Assembly (NCBI GenBank): GCA_963843375.1 | Contig: CAWJKT010000008.1 | Coordinates: 128,001 to 192,000 of the forward strand | Reading direction: 5' to 3' | From: an uncultured Pseudomonadota bacterium | Lineage (GTDB): Bacteria; Oederibacteriota; Muellerivitia; Muellerivitales; Muellerivitaceae | Length of the DNA: 64,000 nucleotides | Shown here: piece by piece, positions 41,326-51,361 of the stretch | How the letters are laid out: each line of letters starts with the position of its first letter | Numbering within the stretch: position 1 is the stretch's first letter | Notes under the pieces: model-generated | Told to the model about the DNA's origin: nothing | What the model saw: only the letters and a program-made list of their open reading frames with translations | The model's database searches: none | Position numbers and translations under genes: made by a program

Positions 41326-41423
41326 TTTACCAAGAAACCAAGGGGTCCCGTTAACTTTTAAGTCCGAGATACCTTTCGAAAATGTTATTTAGAGACACCA
41401 AACTTTATTTGAACCGATCGAAA

Positions 41424-41791
41424 GACGTTTTGGTAGTGGATGCCTTTTCGGGTGACGCTATCCCCATCCACCTACTGACCCGTGAGGCCATCGTGCTTTA
41501 GGGACTGCACCTCAAATCGGGGCGTTCGGGCCATCCATACGAACACCCTTTACTTGAATCTGGCCCTAGTCGTTCGCTTGCTGGGGGAGGATGCCGGCTA
41601 CCAGGTGCGGTGCGTTTCCAATGACGATGACGAGGAAAATGAGATTTACGGCTCAGATTGGGAGTGGTCACCCACAACCTGGATTTCTTGGAAAACTCGG
41701 GAAGAGCTACGATTTGGAACCCATTGCGGTTCCGCCCAAGCTGAGGATTTGGACCGACGACTTCAACAACCTATTTCAAATATTAAGATAA
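41424..41791 (+). pseudogene. C-terminal remnant of a fused MFS/spermidine-synthase-like protein
   Basis: DVLVVDAFSGDAIPIHLLTREA and WTDDFNNLFQIL in different frames; no N-terminus. Confidence 0.75.
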
Positions 41792-41916
41792 GTTGAAACG
41801 GAACTTTTACCCATATGAGTTAAATCATAATTCCCTTATCGGTTCTCTTTTAAGATAAACTTACGGATGGGTGCTCATATTCCCCCGAAAAATTCCATCG
41901 TTAAGGAAGAAATTTC

Positions 41917-42198
41917 ATGAACCCTTGGGAGATCGTCGCGGAGCAGGAGAAGGTCGATTCGGAAGCACGCTACCGGCTGGTCCTATTGCGCAGTTCAACC
42001 CCCTGGGAACCCTACAGGGTTTACGGCCTGGAAAGACGCAATGGCTTTTGGGACCTAGTGGACAAGTTTAATATTCCCGGATCAGACGGTGCCGATGACA
42101 CCGACTGGGCTTTTGAGCAGGCCTGGATGCTATTCGACGGTCGGGGACTGGCCTCGGGCCGACAAATGTCCCATCTCTTCCATAAATCCACAACTTAA
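41917..42198 (+). CDS. Hypothetical protein, paralog of 38938..39219
   Basis: Shared WEIVAEQEK, YRLVLLRS, FWDLVDKF, FEQAW. Confidence 0.8.
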   Translation: MNPWEIVAEQEKVDSEARYRLVLLRSSTPWEPYRVYGLERRNGFWDLVDKFNIPGSDGADDTDWAFEQAWMLFDGRGLASGRQMSHLFHKSTT

Positions 42199-42208
42199 AA
42201 ATCTTCCA

Positions 42209-43559
42209 TTATTTACTAAGCCTTGCCCGGACATAGGCTATGTTTTCTTTTAGGTTGTAAAGCATTGGTATATAGTTTGCGGATACCCTCACTCGGTTGG
42301 TTCGTTCTTCAAGATGTTTCAAGCGGGTCAGGATTTCCTCGGTTGGCGGCCGGGATCCCAGTTTATTAATCTCCATCTCCAGCCAATGAAGTTCGCCGTA
42401 AATCAGGAAAATTCTCCGTTGCATACCCCAACCATACAAAGCCGCCAGCCCCTTTCCAAGTGGATAGAGAAGACCCAAGAGAGGAATCACCAAAACCGCG
42501 GCTTGTTCCACCAGGGCCGCAAGCCAGAAGGGCATGTAACGCTGTAGGAAGGGCCGGCCCGATTTGTAGTAATGCCTTGCGTCGGAACCCAGTTCGATCT
42601 CTAGCGCTTCCGGCGCTGGAAATTCACCCGCTTTCTGGAAGATCCCCCCGTGGGAATGGATCTGGGATGCGGTTTCCAGCAACAGATATTGAAGGGCGGG
42701 ATGCAGGTTAGCCCGGACGATAAGACTGGTTTTGGTGGCGAGCAAGGTCGTGTCGTGAGGCGGGCGGTTATATTTCAAGTCTCCCACACCCGCCGGAAGC
42801 ACCCGCTTGTACAACGAAGGAAAAAGCGCAACATAGGCGTCGGCCCTGGAAAAATTGGCAAGGTCGATTCCGGGGGCGTCGATTAATTTTCGGATGATTG
42901 GGGAACCCCAACTTGTCATGAGGATCGCTGCGTCGATCTTGCCCTCTAGCAGTTCGGCTGTGGCTTCCTCCGGTTCCAGGCTCAACGCTTGGAAAGATCC
43001 TAACTCCAGTGAGCTTCGTTTGAGAAGTTCCTCAACTAACGACCGGGTGTCACTTCCCTCCGGCCCCACCGAGACACGTTTCCCCTGAAGGGCAAATAAA
43101 ATCCGGTCCGTGGCCACCTTACGGGAGAAAAACCATACGGGCTCATACCCCAGGGTTCCTAAGGAGACGAGGGCGGGTGAGTCTGTGTCTGTGGCAACCC
43201 CTCCTTCCACGAAACCCAATTGGACCCCTGACTTAGGATCGACGAAGTAAATTGAGATTCTCTACCCCCCCGGCAGTGGGCTTTAAAATCAAGTCAATGC
43301 CCTCTTTTGCCAGCAATATCTTGTATCGCTTCCCCCAAAAGGCGTAGGTGCTTCCTTCCGGGCCGGTGGCCATGGTGATGGTGCGGGGCGGAAGTGGATG
43401 AGTCACCGAGATGATCCAGGTAAACCCTATCAAGATAACAACCAAGGAAAAAAATAGGATTCTTAAAGCTTTACGCGAAATAAGGGGACGTGCTGACGCA
43501 CCCAATCCAAGGGGGACATTGTTATTCCCTTCCCTTTTATGGTTCGATTGATTTGCCAT
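42209..43559 (-). CDS. TAXI-family TRAP solute-binding protein with TM, one apparent frameshift (~43240)
   Basis: ATGPEGSTY, GGVENL..L|..GFVEGG, YEPVW, LQRYMPFW. Confidence 0.85.
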
Positions 43560-43777
43560 TAAACGCTCCTCATTATTTTAGATCTAATTGAACCCGTTTC
43601 CCGGCCCGCCGACGCTGCCAGTCGAGCCACAGTTTAACAGAAGTAGTAAAAGTCTCCCGACTAGACTTTTTTAAAAATCAACCTTCTATTCGGCCAGAAA
43701 AGAAACAAGTCTTTCTAACAAGGGAAATATGGTAATTTCTACGGGACCGTCTTATTATTTGCCTCAACTCATTCAAA

Positions 43778-43820
43778 GTGCCCATAGCTCAATTGGATAG
43801 AGCTTCTGACTTCGGATCAG
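43778..43820 (+). repeat. att site: 43-bp copy of the 5' part of tRNA-Arg
   Basis: Identical to 52499-52541; lacks the T-arm and 3' acceptor strand. Confidence 0.93.
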
Positions 43821-44139
43821 GAAGTTAGGAAAACAAGTCTTCTTGAGTTTGGAAAATCAAAAATTAAGTCCCCAGCGCATTTTAAAGGCCTTTGTTTACA
43901 AGGGTTTCACAACCCAAGTATCCAGAGGCCTTTTTTGTAACTGACGGTTGGTGTTGGTTTGGTATGAATAAAGTGGCCGGCAATGGATTCGAATGACACG
44001 TATAAGACACCTAAAATCAAACCAGGGGCCCCCTAAAACACAGTCGATGGAGCGGTCCACGACGCCAGGTTAGAGAACAAGAAAGCATTCTTTTTAGGTG
44101 TGGTAAGAGACGTTTAAAGGAATTCTTTCCAAAAAGAGT

Positions 44140-44946
44140 CTACATAACCCCTAGTATCCAGCCTTCAATTTCAGCGATCTTCCGATCTGTTGATTTAAGT
44201 GGGGGAACAAAAAAGCCCATAAGCCTTCCTTCAAGATCTGTTCGTCGCATCCATTCCGAAACAGAATAAGCATCATGTTGATCGGCATTTCGGCTCTCAC
44301 GTGAGAAACTCCTGCTCCATAAAGATGGATAAATCTCAACAATGACGGAACGTCCGACTGGAATATCCCAGCCATCAAACGGCCAAAAATGAACTTTATT
44401 ACCTAATTTTCGATGAAGATAATTCAGCCAAGGCAACCCTGAGTGAGTAGATTTGGCCACGGAACCTTGGACATCAAACTGGAAAACGGACTTGGCTGTA
44501 TGAGCATGCAGCTCAGTTATCCTCCGCCATCGTGAGTTCCCGGTTCTGGCCTTTCCATTACCTACGTCTCCATAACGTACAAAATCAACATAGATATTGT
44601 CCTCATCAGTTGGCCAGTGTTGTTGGAAATCATCAAGGAAATCGAACCAATTGTGGGGCAATCCGTATTTTTCAAAATAAGAAATTGGGAACGAAAATCC
44701 ATGGTCTATACCAACTAAGGTCGCCAAGGGTTTAGACAATCCCTCAACCAACCATTCGCCAATACCGCGTCTGGTCCAATACTTTTTTGGGCTTGGAGGT
44801 GGTTCGACTTCTACTGGCAAAGTTCCTGGGGTCGCCATATATACCCGTAAACCCTTAAGGCTGGATGTGGGGGTTTCGGCACCAGAATAATCGATACCAA
44901 TGTAGCGTTTAAATAAAGGGTCTGTTTTGGGACTCATTAAACCCAT
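44140..44946 (-). CDS. Conserved hypothetical protein, RNase H-like fold (DUF429-like)
   Basis: YIGIDYSGA, VGIDHGFSFP, VEIYP, DQHDA, EGWILG. Confidence 0.7.
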   Translation of the reverse strand: MGLMSPKTDPLFKRYIGIDYSGAETPTSSLKGLRVYMATPGTLPVEVEPPPSPKKYWTRRGIGEWLVEGLSKPLATLVGIDHGFSFPISYFEKYGLPHNWFDFLDDFQQHWPTDEDNIYVDFVRYGDVGNGKARTGNSRWRRITELHAHTAKSVFQFDVQGSVAKSTHSGLPWLNYLHRKLGNKVHFWPFDGWDIPVGRSVIVEIYPSLWSRSFSRESRNADQHDAYSVSEWMRRTDLEGRLMGFFVPPLKSTDRKIAEIEGWILGVM

Positions 44947-45188
44947 TCCAACTTATTCAAAAATTATAATCAGCCCACCGCTCGTAAAATGCCCAAAAAC
45001 AGGTATACAACCGTATTATAGGCAAGATTACGGCATTTAGGCTATCCCCCTACATTAAAAAATAATCGTGCCTCCTACATGACAAAAACCGACTCTTGAA
45101 GATCGTAATTGAGGATTCCATGAATATAAAGCAATAATAATTTTTAACGGCTTATTACTCGACATCACTAGATGAATTAGAGGAATGG

Positions 45189-45965
45189 TTAATCGGGGAT
45201 ATCTCTTTTTATACCTTCTAATTCAAACGCATAACCAATTCCGACATTTGAAGAACGTTCTATTTGTTTCGCAATACCAGCCATTTGTTTTTGTGTAACC
45301 GAAAGGGCTTGACCGATATCTATCCCGCCCATATTAATCATAAATTTTGCCTTTTGTAGCGTTGCCGCATTATTAGTAAAACTTTTTATTAATTCATTAA
45401 AACTTTCAGATAGACCGGTACCCTTTCTTGTTACAATTCCAATAACTTTATTTTCTTGCAAATCGATCAATGGACCGCCAGAGTTTCCACTATTTACATT
45501 AAGATCTAATTGTAAAATCTTAATCCCGTTTTTTTGATATCGGGATGAAACAAATCCTGTGTTTATTGTTAGATTTTGACTACCAAAATGAAACCCAAAA
45601 GACGCGACTTGAAGCCCGATTTCAATATTCATTTTTTTAGAAAACTCTAAACCGGGAATACTTTTAAAATCATCCAAGTCAAAAATCGCATAATCCCATT
45701 CTTTTTCACCACTTCCTGATAATAAATGTTTATTTAAAATATCGACCGGATAAGATTTTTCCAGTATTGTTGTATTACCATCAGTTTTTACGAATCGTAT
45801 TTTTGCAATGGTTGCATCAGGAACATCTATAACATGGTTATTTGTTATTACTTTATCTCCTAATTTAAAGCCGGTTCCACCGCTAACATATGTCCCGTTT
45901 TTTTCGTAAACAATTGAACAAACAGAACCAGATACCTCTTTCCATGCTTTTGTAATCATAGGCAT
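45189..45965 (-). CDS. Trypsin-like serine protease
   Basis: TNNHV, DYAI, GNSGGP catalytic triad. Confidence 0.88.
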   Translation of the reverse strand: MPMITKAWKEVSGSVCSIVYEKNGTYVSGGTGFKLGDKVITNNHVIDVPDATIAKIRFVKTDGNTTILEKSYPVDILNKHLLSGSGEKEWDYAIFDLDDFKSIPGLEFSKKMNIEIGLQVASFGFHFGSQNLTINTGFVSSRYQKNGIKILQLDLNVNSGNSGGPLIDLQENKVIGIVTRKGTGLSESFNELIKSFTNNAATLQKAKFMINMGGIDIGQALSVTQKQMAGIAKQIERSSNVGIGYAFELEGIKRDIPD

Positions 45966-46066
45966 CCTCGAATCTTCGAAGTAATTGTGCGAAACAAAAT
46001 CACAACTTTCAGCTATTTTTTCCATGTGGCTTCGACATGACCTGCCCCCAAAGTTAGTGCCAATTC

Positions 46067-46960
46067 CTATCTCACAGCATAGGACCAATTGGCGGAACCC
46101 ATTAGCGGCATAGGCTTGGTTTTGGGTTCTAAAATCCAAGCTTCTGGTGCTGGCGGCAGATAGCCCAACGAACTATGCGGCCTTCTGGTGTTGTACTCCT
46201 TCCGCCATCTTTCGACAATCACTTTTGCTTCCCAAAGCGTGTCGAAAACTTCTCCATCCAACAAATCGTACCTCAGCTTGCCGTTGAAACTCTCGTTGTA
46301 GCCGTTCTCCCATGGACTTCCCGGCTCGATGTAGAGCGTCTTCACACCTAGTTTCGGCAACCAATCCTTTACCTGTTTAGCAGTAAATTCAGGACCGTTG
46401 TCGGAGCGAATGTGTTCCGGTACGCCTCTTTCCACAAACAACTCAGCCAATATCCCTTGAATGTCATGCGCCGGAAACTTTCTCGCCACCGGCAGAGCCA
46501 GACATTCGTGGGTAAACTCATCAATCACCGTCAAAATCCTAAAAGGTCGTCCGCCAGTTGTGATGTCTGCCACAAAGTCATAGCTCCAAACGTGGTTAGG
46601 TCTCTCAGCTCTGAGTCGAATACAAGACCCATCGTTGAACCAAAGCCTTCCTCTTTTCGGCTGTTTTTCCGGTACTTTCAGCCCCGCTTCCCGCCACAAC
46701 CTTTCTATGCGCTTGTGATTAACCTTCCAGCCTTCCCATCGAAGCAACGCCGCGATCCGCCGATACCCATATCGGCCATACATACAAGCCAACTCCACCA
46801 TCCGTCCTACTAAAAGCAGGTTCATCAGGACGAACCTGTGGTTTGTATCGTTGGGTACTTCTGGATTGGCCTAATGCCCGGCAGGCACGTCTTTGGGAAA
46901 CCTGTACTTTTTCACAAGCGAGTTGGATTCCACGCCGACGTTTTTCCGGGCTTAGAAGTT
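46067..46960 (-). CDS. IS3 transposase OrfB (DDE), apparent indel near 46825
   Basis: WSYDF, SDNGPEF, PGSPWENGYNESFNG, RPHSSLG. Confidence 0.9.
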
Positions 46961-47231
46961 TCCCCGGGCCAACTCTTTCAAAATCGCTTTATCCAGCACT
47001 AAATCAGCCACGACTTTCTTGAGCTGGGCGTTTTCTCTTTCAAGGTCTTTGAGTTTTTTGGCTTGGTCCATCTTCAATCCGCCGTACATTTTGCGCCAGC
47101 GGTAGTAGGTGAAAGATGTGATTTGAAGCTTCGCGGCAGACTTCCTCGACTGAGCGCCCTTTGGCTTGCTCTACTTCCACCTGGCGAAGTATGGAAATGA
47201 TTTGCTCTGCGTTATGTTTCTTTCTCGGCAT
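46952..47231 (-). CDS. IS3 transposase OrfA, apparent indel
   Basis: EQII.ILR...VCR, then YRWRKMYGG...LKDLERENAQLKK in another frame. Confidence 0.85.
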
Positions 47232-47344
47232 AAAGCCCCCTTTTTCAGCCCGCCTTTCGGGGTTATTATAACCTTACAGGTGGACCAGTTTTTGGGGGGC
47301 AGGTCAATTGCTTTACCTGATATGTTATTAGTTAAAAGCAAATA

Positions 47345-47800
47345 TTAAAGATCAATGCCTATCACATATATTGGAACTTGGATTGCACTTTTAAATTGAG
47401 GTAAATATCTAACTATCTTTTCAAAAGACAAGGAGCCTTCCCAATTCTGATTAAAGTCCTTCATCAATTTATTTTGAAATTCTTTAGTCGTGGCAATGTA
47501 TACTCCAACATCAATTTTATCTAAGGCTGAATATGAACCGACTTGAAACTTCAATAAATCTATTCCTATAAAAGATGCGTGGCCAAACCCAACTTCGATT
47601 CCAACTCGATCCTTCAAAAAATCCATTTTTGCCATTAATTCTTCATCACCAAATACTCGCGGTTGATCTTCCCAACCTTTTGCAATAAATCTTTCTCTTA
47701 ATAATTTATTAAATTCAGGCCGTGATAAATCTTTTATTTTGATTGATGGGTCAACAAGAATGTTTTCGATTTCTTGTTTTAAAGAGAGATGACTATTCAA
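47345..47800 (-). CDS. BglII/BstYI-like restriction endonuclease, probably 5'-truncated by IS21
   Basis: F...GW, MDF.K.RVGIEV.F, FEK; the start abuts the IS end. Confidence 0.7.
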   Translation of the reverse strand: MNSHLSLKQEIENILVDPSIKIKDLSRPEFNKLLRERFIAKGWEDQPRVFGDEELMAKMDFLKDRVGIEVGFGHASFIGIDLLKFQVGSYSALDKIDVGVYIATTKEFQNKLMKDFNQNWEGSLSFEKIVRYLPQFKSAIQVPIYVIGIDL

Positions 47801-47901
47801 TTGCTAACGCCGGTCGAAAAGTGTGACGGTGGGCGGTCCAAAAGTGTGACACCCCCCGCCTTCCATACGCCTTTAGGGTATATGGTCGTTGGTTGAACCT
47901 A

Positions 47902-48675
47902 TCAATCCTTCTTGTCTTTACGTCTCAGCCGTTTCTTCGCTTCCACCAGCCTGAAGCTTTGGCCGTTGGCCTCCAGAATATGCACCCGATGGGTCAAACG
48001 GTCAATAAGGGCCCCCGTCATCCTTTCGGAACCCATGATTTCCACCCAGTTTTCAAAGGGAAGATTCGTCGTTACCATCAGGCTGGTTCGCTCATAGGCC
48101 TTGCTGACCACCTCAAACAGCAACTCCGCTCCCGGCTTGGTGAACGGTACGTAACCCAATTCATCCAAAACGATTAGGTGGAGCCTGGCCAACTGCCGAT
48201 GGAACTTGGCCAATTGTTTTTCCTCGCGGCGCTCCAGAAGTTCGGTGACCAGGCCGGTCACGGAGAAGAACTTCACCGCCCGGCCCTGACAGCAGGCCTG
48301 GTAGGCCAGCGCCGTGGCCAAATGGGTTTTACCTGTTCCCGAATTGCCGATCAGCAGGACGTTTTCTTTTTTGTCGATGTACTCGCCCCGCATGAGTTCC
48401 CGCGTCAATTCCTGGTTGATCGAAGGCTGGGCCTTGAAGTCGAACGTGTCCAAAGTTTTGAGCACGGGAAAGTTGGCGTCGCGGATGCGCCTCTCCTTGG
48501 CCCGGCGTTCCCGGTCTAGAAGCTCCATCTCGGCCAATTTGAGCAGATATTGTGGATAGTCACTGCGTTCTGTGCGGCAGAGTTGGGCCATCTTGTCGTA
48601 CTCCCGCTGCATGGTAGGCAGCTTGAGTTTTTTGAGGTGGTGTTCCAGCAAGAGCGTCTTTTTGGATTCGCTCAC
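47902..48675 (-). CDS. istB: IS21 helper ATPase IstB
   Basis: GNSGTGKTHLA, LDELGY, TTNLPF..W, DRL.H. Confidence 0.95.
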   Translation of the reverse strand: MSESKKTLLLEHHLKKLKLPTMQREYDKMAQLCRTERSDYPQYLLKLAEMELLDRERRAKERRIRDANFPVLKTLDTFDFKAQPSINQELTRELMRGEYIDKKENVLLIGNSGTGKTHLATALAYQACCQGRAVKFFSVTGLVTELLERREEKQLAKFHRQLARLHLIVLDELGYVPFTKPGAELLFEVVSKAYERTSLMVTTNLPFENWVEIMGSERMTGALIDRLTHRVHILEANGQSFRLVEAKKRLRRKDKKD

Positions 48676-50213
48676 GCTTCACCTCCCACAACCATCAGCT
48701 CCCGGTAGGCCGAAAGATCCGTCCGGGCCACTTGAACCCGTCGTAAGTGCTCACGACCGGCAAGGCTGAAGGTGGTCAGCCTGTAATCCTCCCTGGGGTA
48801 GAGCAACTGGGCGACGGCGTCCCGGGTATAGATTTCCATTCCCACAGCTTTCTTCACCGCACGGGTGAGCCGCGAGAGGGAATATTTCTCCAAGAGGCGC
48901 AGAGTCTTGATGAATTCCCGTGTCCCTTCACCATGGTGCCTTTCCATGGCTTCCATGCGGCGGCGCAGGAGGGGAAAACTTTCCGGCAGGTTCCAGTCTT
49001 CCAGGGGCCGGGCATGATCGAGGGCTCCCGGTTTCCCTTCCAAAACCGCTAAATAATGCACCGGATTGAAGACCACACCTTCCTTTCCCCAAAGGCGATC
49101 GTGAGTCGCGATGAGCCTGTCCTTGTGGAAGATATCCACTCGCTTGATGTACCCCTTCACCACCACCGGATGGTGTGCCCATTCGGAAGGAACGGAATAG
49201 TCGTTGGTGTCGAAACGCACGAGGGACAAAGACGTGGCTGTCGTGGACTGTTTCAGACAGGCGTCAAAGGGAGTGGCCGGCAAAGGCCTGAAATGGGCCT
49301 TATCCTCGTCTAGAAGCTGCACCTTGGGTAGACCCTTCCCCCGCAATTTGCGCTTCAAGTCCTCCCGGCATTTCACCTCCAACTGCTCGTTCAGTTCATC
49401 CAGGTTTCCCACCTGTGGAACCGGGACCATGAAGTTCAGGCGGACGTATTTCACCCCGCCTTCCACGACGCCCTTTTCATTGCCACGGCGTATCGTGCAG
49501 AAGTGGTGATCGAAGAGGTAATGGCTCTCCAATTGCTGGAAACTTTTGGTCAAAATCCGTTGGTGTACCCCGGCGATCTTCGTCACGAGGGTCTTGGCAT
49601 TGTCGTAGCTGATCCGCCAGGGCACGCCGCCAAAATATTCGAAGGCCCGGATATGGCCTTCCCACACGAACTCCGTGCTTTCCCGCTCAAACATCTGGAC
49701 GAAAAAAGCATCCGAATACGGAAGTGCCATCACAAAGAAAGGCCGTTTCACCAACACACCGTTGAGTTTGACCAGGGCGTGTCCAAAGTCCACCTGGGCC
49801 TCCCCGGGCCGATGGATCAAAGGCACGAAGACCTCGCTATTCTTTTGCTTGAACCCCTGGACGGCTTTTTTCACCTGGCTATAGCCGCCGGTGTAACCAT
49901 CCTCATCCCGCAGGCGCTCAAAAATGCGCTTGGCCGTATGTCGTTGTTTTTTGTGGACGTGCTTGTCGTCCTGAAGGATTTGCTTGATGCGGCCCAGGAA
50001 GGGCCCAATCTTGGGCTGTGACCTCTCCCGGTACATTCGGTAGCCCGGGGGTTGGCTATGGGCGAGTATTTTCTTGAGGGTTTCCCAGTGGATGCCTTCT
50101 TCTTCCATCACCTGGCGTTTGGAGACCCCCTCCACCAGGATTTTCTTGCGGATTTCGGTCCATCGGTCCATGTCCTTGTACACTCCTTTTCCTCCTGGAG
50201 GCGTGGTTTTCAT
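48672..50213 (-). CDS. istA: IS21 transposase IstA
   Basis: PGEAQVDFG, FGGVP...YDN, EKGVVE. Confidence 0.95.
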   Translation of the reverse strand: MKTTPPGGKGVYKDMDRWTEIRKKILVEGVSKRQVMEEEGIHWETLKKILAHSQPPGYRMYRERSQPKIGPFLGRIKQILQDDKHVHKKQRHTAKRIFERLRDEDGYTGGYSQVKKAVQGFKQKNSEVFVPLIHRPGEAQVDFGHALVKLNGVLVKRPFFVMALPYSDAFFVQMFERESTEFVWEGHIRAFEYFGGVPWRISYDNAKTLVTKIAGVHQRILTKSFQQLESHYLFDHHFCTIRRGNEKGVVEGGVKYVRLNFMVPVPQVGNLDELNEQLEVKCREDLKRKLRGKGLPKVQLLDEDKAHFRPLPATPFDACLKQSTTATSLSLVRFDTNDYSVPSEWAHHPVVVKGYIKRVDIFHKDRLIATHDRLWGKEGVVFNPVHYLAVLEGKPGALDHARPLEDWNLPESFPLLRRRMEAMERHHGEGTREFIKTLRLLEKYSLSRLTRAVKKAVGMEIYTRDAVAQLLYPREDYRLTTFSLAGREHLRRVQVARTDLSAYRELMVVGGEA

Positions 50214-50315
50214 CTTTGAAAACCCACATCTTCCAGGGAATTTCGGGGAGTGTCACACTTTTCGACCGCCTTTTTGCCCTCTCTAGACCGTCACACTATT
50301 GGACCGGCGTTTACA

Positions 50316-50991
50316 ACATCCTGAAAATGAAACAAGAATGTTCTCTTTAACCTTACTTGATACCCAAGAACAGACTAAAAATATTATTAAAAGCCTAGCA
50401 AATCAAACCCATATCGATTTCGATTATAAACCTTGGCATTCACTTCACTATTGGTTATCCACTCAAAGCAAAGAGGTAGTCATTCCATATGCGGAAGTAT
50501 TGTCAGAACTAATACCGCCCATTGCAGTAAGGCTCAGACGTGATTTTCATCAATTATTAATCATGATTAAAGCTCACACAATTTTACACCAGACAAATCG
50601 TGAGAAAACACCAACCGGGGAAATTATCGCCACCTTTGAAGACTACACGGCAATTTTCGGATTAATTTCAGAATTAATCGAGCAAGAGGTTGGGACTGGT
50701 GTAAGTGAACAAACACGTCAAACAGTACTTGCAGTTCAAAGCATTCTTGAATCCAGAAATAAACCGGGTGATTTTGTAACTCAGGCTGAAATAAAAACCG
50801 TTTTGAATCTAGACAAATCATCAATCTCCCGAAGAGTTCAAAACGATCAAAAATCAGGTTATTTAAAAAACTTGGAAGAGAAAAAGGGACGACCTTATCG
50901 GCTTGTTATTGGTGACCCTTTGCCTGAAAAATTGGACCTTCTTCCTAAACCTGAAAAATTAATGAATTATTTTGAGGCAAAAAGTAAATAA
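50316..50991 (+). pseudogene. C-terminal remnant of a mobile-element replication/primase-helicase-like protein
   Basis: The frame begins at the IS21 junction; RLRRDF..L...IKA...LHQ..R; terminal wHTH (LNLDKSSISRR). Confidence 0.6.
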
Positions 50992-51130
50992 AAGTTTAAT
51001 TTGTGACACTTTTTATAAATGGAATTGGAATAGAGATAAAGGGATATATGGAATTGGATTTTATTAATGGATCAATGGGAGCCCAACCTGCCCATAAAGC
51101 AGACGATATATGCAGTACAAGGAATTAATT

Positions 51131-51361
51131 ATGTTGAAAAATAATAATTTATATGAAGACGAGCTACTAACTGATGAGCAGGCGGCAACAATGGCCAAAG
51201 TTAGCCCTAACACAATTAGGTATTGGCGACAAATACGCCTATTGCCTTCTATTAAAGTCGGTAAACACCCACGTATTTGGCTTTCTGTTTTTAACAAGGT
51301 TTTTCAGAAACCTGATGATAATATTACTCAGCTGGGGACATTAGGGGGGACGCATGAGTAA
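51131..51361 (+). CDS. Excisionase-like HTH protein
   Basis: LLT.EQAA...VSPNTIRYW....LP.IKVG; overlaps the integrase start. Confidence 0.85.
   Translation: MLKNNNLYEDELLTDEQAATMAKVSPNTIRYWRQIRLLPSIKVGKHPRIWLSVFNKVFQKPDDNITQLGTLGGTHE

Larger units (their letters stand above)
46038..47306 (-). mobile_element. IS3-family (IS407-like) element
   Basis: IRs TGACCTGCCCCC.../...GGGGGCAGGTCA; orfA/orfB; GGGAAAC frameshift window. Confidence 0.92.
47802..50315 (-). mobile_element. IS21-family element
   Basis: TG...CA ends, IR tgctaacgccggtc / gaccggcgtttaca, internal aaagtgtgac repeats, istAB. Confidence 0.93.

Noticed and set aside
43778..43850. Second functional tRNA-Arg
   Set aside because: Diverges after the anticodon arm; no T-arm or acceptor 3' strand
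45966..46139. N-terminal extension of the protease ORF
   Set aside because: Runs into the IS3 end; a chance open frame
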